DNA from: an uncultured Alphaproteobacteria bacterium
GTDB lineage: Bacteria; Pseudomonadota; Alphaproteobacteria; RF32; CAG-239
DNA length: 64,000 bases
Direction: 5' to 3'
NCBI GenBank assembly: GCA_944392235.1
Contig: CALXVZ010000006.1
Location: 22,664-86,663, forward strand
The translations under genes and the position numbers were made by a program. Position 1 is the first letter of the stretch. Each line of letters begins with the position of its first letter. Below, piece by piece: positions 57,524-64,000 of this stretch. The notes beneath the pieces are model-generated. The model searched no databases, had not been told where the DNA came from, and saw only the letters and a list, made by a program, of their open reading frames with translations.

Positions 57524-57907
57524 TTATTTCTGTAAAAAATCTATAATATCGACATCCGCAGGAGGAAATTGGAATAAACTTAATTCATTAGGAGTAACCC
57601 ATTTAAGATTCTGATGAACAAGAGGCTTAAGATTTTGAGGATCTACAATTTTAGCCTGATAAACCATAAGTTTAAATTCCCCATGAGGATATGATTTTGT
57701 AACAGAAAGTAAAAATTTCCCTACATGACATTCAACATCTAACTCTTCTCTAATTTCCCTAACAATACATTGCTCAATAGTTTCACCCTGCTCTTGTTTC
57801 CCCCCAGGAAATTCCCACAAACCAGCCAAATCTTTTCCCTCAGGACGTTGTCCAATCAAAATTTTCCCTTGATTATCAGTAATAATTGCCGTACCTACGA
57901 TTTTCAT
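57524..57907 (-). CDS. mutT: Nudix hydrolase (MutT-like 8-oxo-dGTP diphosphatase)
   Basis: Nudix box GKQEQGETIEQCIVREIREELDV and LWEFPGG. Confidence 0.8.
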   Translation of the reverse strand: MKIVGTAIITDNQGKILIGQRPEGKDLAGLWEFPGGKQEQGETIEQCIVREIREELDVECHVGKFLLSVTKSYPHGEFKLMVYQAKIVDPQNLKPLVHQNLKWVTPNELSLFQFPPADVDIIDFLQK

Positions 57908-57983
57908 AATTTATCCCCAAATTTAAATAAATATTAAACATTTACCTCGAAGACTACAAGAAACAGGTAAAAAAGGAAAAAGA

Positions 57984-58886
57984 ATGTTCGGATTTTTCAA
58001 CAATAAAATTTTTGACAAAGGCTATCTGCCAGAATATGAAGGGCACGAGATTTACTATCAACAAATGGGCAATTCCAAAGGTGAACCTGTTTTATTTTTT
58101 CATGGCGGTCCTGGCGGTCAATGTAAAAAGAGTCATGGACGTTACTTTAATTTAAAAAAGCAGCGTATCATAATGTTTGACCAAAGAGGAGCCGGATTAT
58201 CAAAAGCCGAAGATATCACAACATTAAACGATACAACAAGATTAGTAAAAGACGCCAAAAGACTATTAGAGTATCTAAACATTGAAACACCTATAACTAT
58301 TGCCGGTGGTTCTTGGGGATCAACATTAGCATTATTATTTGCTGAAAAATATCCGGAATGTGTAAAAGAGATATGCGTATACGCTGTATTTTTAGCCCGT
58401 CGAGAAGACATGGAATGGATGTTACGCGACAGCGGATTATTTTATCCGGACTTATTGGAAGAAATACGCCGTCAGAGTGAAGGAGAAAATCCATATACAC
58501 ATTACGCCAAATTAATTTTTTCAGATGATTTAGGAAGTATACAAACAGCGATAAAATACATGGTTCACTACGAATATCAGATGGGAAAATTAGATGCAGG
58601 ATTTAAGGATGTTGCCATAGATAACGCAAGTATAAATTCAGCTAGAATTAGCCTTTACTATGCTGCAAACCGTTATTTTTTGAGTGACAATGAAATATTA
58701 AAAAACATAGATAAGATTAAGAATATTCCCACACAAATCGTTCACAACCGACTTGATATGTGTTGCCCAATAAAAGGAGCCTGGGATTTATATCGAGCAA
58801 TGGATAATGCCCAAATAGAAATTATCGCAGATTTAGGACACGTAGGAGACAAATTAAGAAAAGCCTACAGAAATTTATTCAAATAA
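57984..58886 (+). CDS. pip: Prolyl aminopeptidase (alpha/beta hydrolase)
   Basis: FFHGGPGG oxyanion motif. Nucleophile elbow GGSWGSTLAL. C-terminal GH. Confidence 0.75.
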   Translation: MFGFFNNKIFDKGYLPEYEGHEIYYQQMGNSKGEPVLFFHGGPGGQCKKSHGRYFNLKKQRIIMFDQRGAGLSKAEDITTLNDTTRLVKDAKRLLEYLNIETPITIAGGSWGSTLALLFAEKYPECVKEICVYAVFLARREDMEWMLRDSGLFYPDLLEEIRRQSEGENPYTHYAKLIFSDDLGSIQTAIKYMVHYEYQMGKLDAGFKDVAIDNASINSARISLYYAANRYFLSDNEILKNIDKIKNIPTQIVHNRLDMCCPIKGAWDLYRAMDNAQIEIIADLGHVGDKLRKAYRNLFK

Positions 58887-58924
58887 AAATAACCAGACTC
58901 TACAAATTCTATAACACAATTCAC

Positions 58925-58950
58925 AAAAAGGGGCTGATTATAGCCCCTTT
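58925..58950. terminator. Hairpin terminator between convergent genes (better U-run on the minus strand)
   Basis: Stem aaaggggct/agccccttt with a 6-nt loop. Confidence 0.6.
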
Positions 58951-58981
58951 CCCATAAATAAAATCTTTTACCCGATTAAAT

Positions 58982-59389
58982 TTAAGCACTACGTTCCAAA
59001 AAATTCATTCTAGCCAAAGTTCTAGCATCAGGTTCAGCCAAGAACAAAGCACAAGCGCCATATTTTTCTTGATCTTCCTTAGAGTATTGTCGTTCAACAC
59101 GCAAATGAATCTCCTCACGATTATTATAACCAATCATTTCAGGAGGAAGCATATCAATAAGGGTCTTAAAGTCTTTAAAAAGAGCAATACCTTTAACTTC
59201 ACGCAACAAACAACTTTTAGTTTCTGCATTAACATATTCAATGGTATCACCAACATGAATATTATGAAATCTTTTGAGATAAAGGCGTAAATCAATTTTA
59301 CGCTGACCACCCAAAATTTTATGATACGCAAAAGGATATACTTCTATCAAGTGTTTCATAACACATACCCCTTCAATACAAACAACCAT
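58982..59389 (-). CDS. ASCH/PUA-like domain protein
   Basis: HLIEVYPFAYHKILGGQRKIDLRLY....HVGDTIEY resembles the ASCH N-terminal pattern. Weak call. Confidence 0.4.
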   Translation of the reverse strand: MVVCIEGVCVMKHLIEVYPFAYHKILGGQRKIDLRLYLKRFHNIHVGDTIEYVNAETKSCLLREVKGIALFKDFKTLIDMLPPEMIGYNNREEIHLRVERQYSKEDQEKYGACALFLAEPDARTLARMNFLERSA

Positions 59390-59482
59390 CTCTAATCATA
59401 TATAATATATAAACTTTAAAAACCTAAAGTGCAAGCATTTTATACGTTTATGAATGTATAATTAAGGCATACATTTTTTATA

Positions 59483-59511
59483 TTGACGATTCCCCAAAAA
59501 TATGCTATGTT
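59483..59511 (+). promoter_or_regulatory. Sigma-70-like promoter candidate
   Basis: TTGACG (59483-88), 17-nt spacer, TATGTT (59506-11). Confidence 0.45.
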
Positions 59512-59669
59512 AATAATGTTATATTATAGATATTTTAATAATTTTTTGTATTATTAGGGAATTTTTTCATAGTTTTATTTTACTGTGATTTTCCTGATTT
59601 ATATCTGTAATTAACCTACCTATTTTTCTTTGGTGTAAAAAAAAGAAAATCATAAAAAAAAATAAAGAT

Positions 59670-59891
59670 ATGAAAAAAATTGCTTTCTTCGTGGTATATG
59701 CAATAGTTGCATTTATCACTTGTATTATCTGTGGTGTTGATTCTATCTTCAGTAATCCAATAGGGTTGCTAAAACTTAGCATCTTGATGAGTTTAATAAT
59801 TACCCTCGTTACAGCAGTAGCTGTATGGATGGTCGAGCTCATAGCCCCGCAAACCACAGAAAAAATAAAAAAAATGTTTAACGAAGAATAA
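59670..59891 (+). CDS. Hypothetical 73-aa two-TM membrane protein
   Basis: Two hydrophobic helices. Bracketed by the promoter candidate and a strong terminator. The RBS is weak. Confidence 0.4.
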   Translation: MKKIAFFVVYAIVAFITCIICGVDSIFSNPIGLLKLSILMSLIITLVTAVAVWMVELIAPQTTEKIKKMFNEE

Positions 59892-59899
59892 ACATTTTC

Positions 59900-59949
59900 C
59901 ACCTTGAAATCTCACTAATTCTAGTGCTCTGATTTCAAGGTGTTTTTTT
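59900..59949 (+). terminator. Strong intrinsic terminator
   Basis: Perfect 12-bp stem caccttgaaatc/gatttcaaggtg (59900-11 / 59931-42) followed by a run of seven T. Confidence 0.8.
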
Positions 59950-60069
59950 ATATAGAAATAATTGCAAGTTCCTCCTAAAATCAGCAATAAACTTATAGCT
60001 AGTTCTATTCTGCAACATAAATTCACAATAATAATTTCTCATAGTAATTCATAATTTTCCACATCCAAT

Positions 60070-60099
60070 AAAAAAAGAAGTGCCATATTTAGCACCTCT
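60070..60099 (-). terminator. Intrinsic terminator for the DUF1013 gene
   Basis: Minus-strand stem agaggtgc/gcacttct (one G:U pair) followed by a U-run. Confidence 0.55.
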
Positions 60100-60151
60100 T
60101 CATCGTGAACATTAAAGAAAACTATTAATCAGTTTTGTCTTTAGAGACACT

Positions 60152-60832
60152 TTATTTAGATTCTTTCTTAGACTTAACGCTTTTCTTTTCCTTTTTTGTT
60201 GATTGTTTAGTTGCTTCCTTTTTGGGACGACCACATTTTCTAGCAACACCTTCTGCTTTAGAAGCAGCTTTTTTCTTAGTTTTCTTTTTAGATTTATTTT
60301 CTTTAATTTCAGCCTGCTGTTGAGAAATCAGCATAGCTTTTTCCAATTCTTTTTCAGAACACAAACCAACAGCCATTGGGTTAATAGGTCTCAAATTAGC
60401 CATATTAGCGTGAGTCCCATTACGAATAGAAGCGATAGTCGGCTTAGTTGTTCCAATCAACTTACAAATTTGAGAATCCATAACTTCCGGACAATTTTTA
60501 ATAATCCACAAGACTGCACTAGGTTTCTCAGCACGTTGAGTAGGAGAGAGGACTTTTTTAGCCTTAGCATTTCTCTCTTTAACATTTTTCTCCAAAGGAA
60601 CAGCGACCAAACGAGCCTTTTCATCAGCTTCACAACGCTGAATTTCTTCCAAAGTCAACTGTCCATTAGAAATAGGGCTGACCCCCATAATATTATAAGC
60701 AATATCACCATCGGCAATAGCTTGAATTTCCAATTCATGCAATTCACAAAAATCTGCAATTTGTTGAAAAGTCAAAGTAGTGTTTTCGACCAACCAAACT
60801 GCAGTAGCCTTAGGCATCAAAGGAGCTGTCAT
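60152..60832 (-). CDS. DUF1013 protein (alphaproteobacterial cell-cycle regulator TrcR-like) with a K-rich tail
   Basis: LMPKATAVWLVENTTLTFQQIADFCELHELEIQAIADGDIA...GQLTLEEIQRCE matches the highly conserved DUF1013 N-terminus. Confidence 0.7.
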   Translation of the reverse strand: MTAPLMPKATAVWLVENTTLTFQQIADFCELHELEIQAIADGDIAYNIMGVSPISNGQLTLEEIQRCEADEKARLVAVPLEKNVKERNAKAKKVLSPTQRAEKPSAVLWIIKNCPEVMDSQICKLIGTTKPTIASIRNGTHANMANLRPINPMAVGLCSEKELEKAMLISQQQAEIKENKSKKKTKKKAASKAEGVARKCGRPKKEATKQSTKKEKKSVKSKKESK

Positions 60833-60995
60833 ATCATTATCCTTTCTTAATTTATAAGATAAACCTCTATTAACTATAACCGTAAACTGTTTTTAACGGA
60901 GATACAAGCGATTTTAAGTTTTTTCTACACAAACTTTAAAGCTGAGACAAGATAGCGTTCCCAGTAGGAGTAGGAATACCGCATACCACCAAAAA

Positions 60996-61028
60996 GCAAA
61001 AAAGAAAAGCCTGCAAAACACAGGCTTT
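60996..61028 (-). terminator. Intrinsic terminator for rpmE
   Basis: Minus-strand stem aaagcctg/caggcttt with a 7-nt loop, followed by a T-rich run. Confidence 0.65.
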
Positions 61029-61053
61029 ATCAGAAAAAACCATCAACAACAAA

Positions 61054-61287
61054 TTAGTTAGCAGCTTTTTTAGCAACGAACTTAGCAAATTTGTTATTAA
61101 ATTTACCAACTTGACCACCAGAATCAACCATACGATGAACACCTGTCCAAGCTGGGTGAGACTTAGGATCGAGTTCAAGAACCATTCTATCGCCTTCTTT
61201 ACCCCAAGTTGTCTTTATTTTTTTCTCTGTTCCATCTGTCATCACATATGTAATCTCGTGATAATCAGGGTGAATACCTTTTTTCAT
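61054..61287 (-). CDS. rpmE: 50S ribosomal protein L31 (Cys-less type)
   Basis: [12 protein letters not shown]...[11 protein letters not shown]. The ORF track starts 4 codons earlier (61299), but the MKKGIHPDY start is canonical. Confidence 0.9.
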   Translation of the reverse strand: MKKGIHPDYHEITYVMTDGTEKKIKTTWGKEGDRMVLELDPKSHPAWTGVHRMVDSGGQVGKFNNKFAKFVAKKAAN

Positions 61288-61380
61288 TATTATCTCCAAA
61301 ATTAAACTTCACAAAAAATTTACAGTTTTTATACACTACACTTTCAGAGAATGCAAGTATAATTTTATAAATTTTTAAAC

Positions 61381-62181
61381 TTATTTTAAAATCTTAGCAA
61401 TTTTTTGACTTAAGTTAAAGCTTGCCGCCATCAAATTACCAGAATTCAAGAGCATTGGTAAATCCTCAGTTCGTGTATCATCTTGATCAATATCCAGCAC
61501 GATACCGCCAGCTTCTTTAACAAGCAAGATACCAGCAGCGATACTTGCGAGCATAGAAGAAGGAGCAATAACGCCATCAAGTTTACCTGCTGCGACATAA
61601 GCCAAATCCAAAGCAACAACGCCACTAATACGAACATCTCTGCAAAGCATCAAAGAATTATTAATAATTTTAGCAGATTGTTCGACATCATTTAGATAAG
61701 GTTTAACAGCAATCAAAGCACCATCAAGTTCCTGACGAGCGGCAACACGCAAACGTTCATGACTTCTAAATCCTTCTTTAAAAGCGCCCTTACCTTTTTC
61801 AGCAAAGAACAGTTCATCACGAGCTGGATTATAAACAACAGCATCTAAAATAGTCTGTCCATCGATAAGAGCCACAGAGATAGCGAAGTCAGGATTTCCA
61901 TGAGCAAAATTAGCCAATCCTTCGATTCCCGAAACAGCAAAAAACATACCATTTTGAGGAGTTTTCTCGCCAGCAAAGATTACCGGCACAATTGGCATAA
62001 TTCTATAAATTTCGTTTTTAAGACTTTTTTGAATTTTATCAAAAGCGATTTTGGTAAAATCCATACTACCCTTAACAGAATTTTGTAAACGCTCAATTTC
62101 GCTAAAATCGCGATTAAGGTTAATAGAAGCCTTTTTAACCGCATTAACGATATTTGTGAGCATTGGTGAGATATAAGCCAT
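61381..62181 (-). CDS. suhB: SuhB/inositol-monophosphatase-family protein with degenerate catalytic motifs
   Basis: Collinear with E. coli SuhB as remembered (SPMLTNIVNAVKKAS, VVYNPARDELFFAEKGKGAF, SGVVALDLAYVAAGKLDG, LLVKEAGGIV). DPLDGT is replaced by SGIEGL and WD.AAG by AS.AAG. Confidence 0.75.
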   Translation of the reverse strand: MAYISPMLTNIVNAVKKASINLNRDFSEIERLQNSVKGSMDFTKIAFDKIQKSLKNEIYRIMPIVPVIFAGEKTPQNGMFFAVSGIEGLANFAHGNPDFAISVALIDGQTILDAVVYNPARDELFFAEKGKGAFKEGFRSHERLRVAARQELDGALIAVKPYLNDVEQSAKIINNSLMLCRDVRISGVVALDLAYVAAGKLDGVIAPSSMLASIAAGILLVKEAGGIVLDIDQDDTRTEDLPMLLNSGNLMAASFNLSQKIAKILK

Positions 62182-62744
62182 TATTTTGCTCTTTCAACAT
62201 AGTTAGCTTCTTCAGTTCCGACAACAATTTTTTCGCCTGCAGCGATAAACGGAGGCACACCGATACGCATACCATTATCCAAAACAGCAGGTTTATAAGA
62301 AGAAGTAACAGTTTGTCCTTTAATAACAGGTTCTGTTTCAACAACAGTGCAAACAACCTGTTGAGGCAATTGAACAGAAATAGGTCTATCGTTAATATGA
62401 GAGATACGAACAACCATACCTTCAGTCAAGAAAGGTCTAGAGTCGCCTAAAATATCTGCTGGCATGGAGAACTGTTCAAAAGTTTCGTTTTCCATAAAGT
62501 TCAAGCCGGTACCATCTTCAAACAAGAACTGACAATCTTTATCTTCCACCATCATTTTTTCAACAGTATCTTCAGTTCTGTAACGTTCGTTAGTTTTAGT
62601 TCCTTCTTCAACAGACTTCATTTCAACCTGCATAAAAGCACCGCCTTTACCTGGTTTAATGTGTTGAGCTTTAGTAATAGTCCAAGGTTTACCTTTATAT
62701 TCGATAACCCAGCCAATTCTGATTGATCCGGCTAACTGTTTCAT
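62181..62744 (-). CDS. efp: Elongation factor P
   Basis: IKPGKGGAFMQVEMK loop and a three-domain length of 187 aa. Its stop abuts the suhB-like start. Confidence 0.9.
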   Translation of the reverse strand: MKQLAGSIRIGWVIEYKGKPWTITKAQHIKPGKGGAFMQVEMKSVEEGTKTNERYRTEDTVEKMMVEDKDCQFLFEDGTGLNFMENETFEQFSMPADILGDSRPFLTEGMVVRISHINDRPISVQLPQQVVCTVVETEPVIKGQTVTSSYKPAVLDNGMRIGVPPFIAAGEKIVVGTEEANYVERAK

Positions 62745-62970
62745 TTATTTGTTCTCCATATTTACAATGTTAATATTCAACAACAATTTACATACAAGCC
62801 CTTGCAGGAAAGAACCTAAGAGCTCCATCTGAGCGACAAGATAGACTAAAAATTTTATTTTGCAACAAAAATCGTAATTAGACAAAATTTTTCTCTTGCA
62901 CAAATGCAAAATTTATGCTATTCCCTACCCCATAAAACAATTATCATGTCTAACATTAAATAAAATTATT

Positions 62971-64000
62971 ATGAAAGAAAAAAATGTGAACTGCGTTTCT
63001 ACAACGCCGGAACAGATGTATGCGGAACTTCAAGCAGAAAAGAAGCAACGCTCTTCCATTAAACCACAGCAGTCAGAACCTATATCCGAGGTCAATACCC
63101 CTCAGGATTTGGAACGACCATATGGTTTAATCCAGAAGGAAGACAAATGTATAATCTACAAAAGAAACGGCAAAAGCATCAAAAATGAAGATATATGCTT
63201 CAGTTTTATGTGGCAAAACGCCGATGAACCTTTTGTTGAATATGCAAAAAAAGCCAATCTTCTCTCTACCGAAGATATTTCACTTGAAAGTAATTTTATC
63301 AGTGCGTTAAGCGCGGGTAATATAATTTATTATATTCTCGTGAACTATCGCCGAGTGGACATTCGTTATCTCGGCAATATGAGAATTTTGGAATTGGATT
63401 CCATTCTTGAAAATTGCCCTGAATTTCCAACGCAAAATCTGCTATCCGACGGCAGAAAAAAACTTATGAGCGAAAAACTCGTCCGTAAAAAAGATATAAA
63501 TTTTAGGCTAAAGAATCTATTACACTTAGATGACCTTATAGATATATGGAATTTATATGACGAGCAAGATCAGCTCAAAGTTTGGGAATGGCCCACTGCC
63601 CCAAAGTTACTCCTTGCTTTAGCCAAAGAAGGATGGCTCAGCGGTAAAGCCCAAGTCAACGCACTTGAGTTACAAAATGCTAAGGATATTATCCTTAAAC
63701 AAGCAAAAAATGGATGGCTCTGCGATGCGGCCCAACTCAAAGCTTTTGAATTACCAAACGCATCAGAAATTATCCATACTCTATTAAAAAGAGGACGGCT
63801 CAGAGATGTTGCACAAATCAAAATTTTTGAATGGTCAAATGCAGCTGAGATTATCCTTGAGCAAGCAAAAAAAGGAAACCTCAGCAAAGAAGCCCAACTC
63901 AAAGTTTTTGAATGGTCAAATGCAGCTGAGATTATCCTTGAACAAGCAAAAAATGGATGGCTCTGCGATGAAACCATAATCAAAGCTTTTGAATTGCCAA
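62971..64000 (+). CDS. Helical repeat protein (27-aa repeats), 3' end outside the window; absent from the ORF track
   Basis: Own translation from ATG 62971 gives 343 codons with no stop up to the window edge. From residue 201 the repeats are QLKVFEWSNAAEIILEQAKNGWLCDxA. Confidence 0.6.
   Translation, partial: MKEKNVNCVSTTPEQMYAELQAEKKQRSSIKPQQSEPISEVNTPQDLERPYGLIQKEDKCIIYKRNGKSIKNEDICFSFMWQNADEPFVEYAKKANLLSTEDISLESNFISALSAGNIIYYILVNYRRVDIRYLGNMRILELDSILENCPEFPTQNLLSDGRKKLMSEKLVRKKDINFRLKNLLHLDDLIDIWNLYDEQDQLKVWEWPTAPKLLLALAKEGWLSGKAQVNALELQNAKDIILKQAKNGWLCDAAQLKAFELPNASEIIHTLLKRGRLRDVAQIKIFEWSNAAEIILEQAKKGNLSKEAQLKVFEWSNAAEIILEQAKNGWLCDETIIKAFELP
63571..64000 (+). repeat. Tandem 81-bp coding repeats (at least 5.3 copies, continuing past the window edge)
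   Basis: Units start at 63571, 63652, 63733, 63814, 63895 and 63976. The units at 63814 and 63895 share a long near-identical stretch (tttgaatggtcaaatgcagctgagattatccttga). Confidence 0.85.

Noticed and set aside
60203-60850. 215-aa + strand ORF.
   Set aside because: It is antisense to the strongly conserved DUF1013/TrcR-like gene. The product is S/F/L/N-rich low complexity typical of shadow ORFs in AT-rich DNA.
63570-63983. 137-aa minus-strand ORF with an internally repetitive sequence, listed in the ORF track.
   Set aside because: It is the antisense shadow of the 81-bp repeats. The + strand frame is open for 343 codons from 62971 and gives a clean 27-aa amphipathic repeat. The minus product is S/A/F-rich low complexity with no upstream RBS.

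Overview
AT-rich, gene-dense bacterial chromosome segment with no mobile elements, CRISPR arrays or rRNA genes. It is almost certainly alphaproteobacterial. The markers are a circularly permuted two-piece tmRNA (tag ANDNFAPVAVAA) directly followed by an alpha-type sspB, a DUF1013/TrcR-like gene, an RHH_4-type gene, and the gene order miaB-phoH-ybeY-lnt-HTH-trmB. Housekeeping content: mrdA/rodA, tRNA-Arg(CCU), a secY-adk-rpsM-rpsK-rpoA block, ppa, folD, efp, rpmE, and a SuhB-like gene whose catalytic motifs are degenerate. Accessory content: a glgB-glgX-malQ operon translationally coupled to two paralogous polytopic GT-C-like membrane proteins. There is an orphan yejE-yejF half transporter behind an 864-aa membrane protein that carries seven near-perfect 60-bp repeats. 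There are also an NfeD-SPFH pair, a DUF2157/GDYXXLXY pair, a solitary [FeFe]-hydrogenase-like gene, and an ankyrin-like/S8-subtilase autotransporter. Two proteins are built from related 26-27-aa helical repeats. The best candidate for a dedicated system is a vWA / PP2C / membrane Ser-Thr kinase triad (TerY-P or YegL-PphC-YegI type, 48.2-51.2 kb), preceded by a 44-aa lipoprotein ORF missing from the ORF track. A GC-rich structured island just downstream of rpoA (about 30445-30572) looks like an unclassified RNA. All calls rest on reading motifs by eye; no database search was run.
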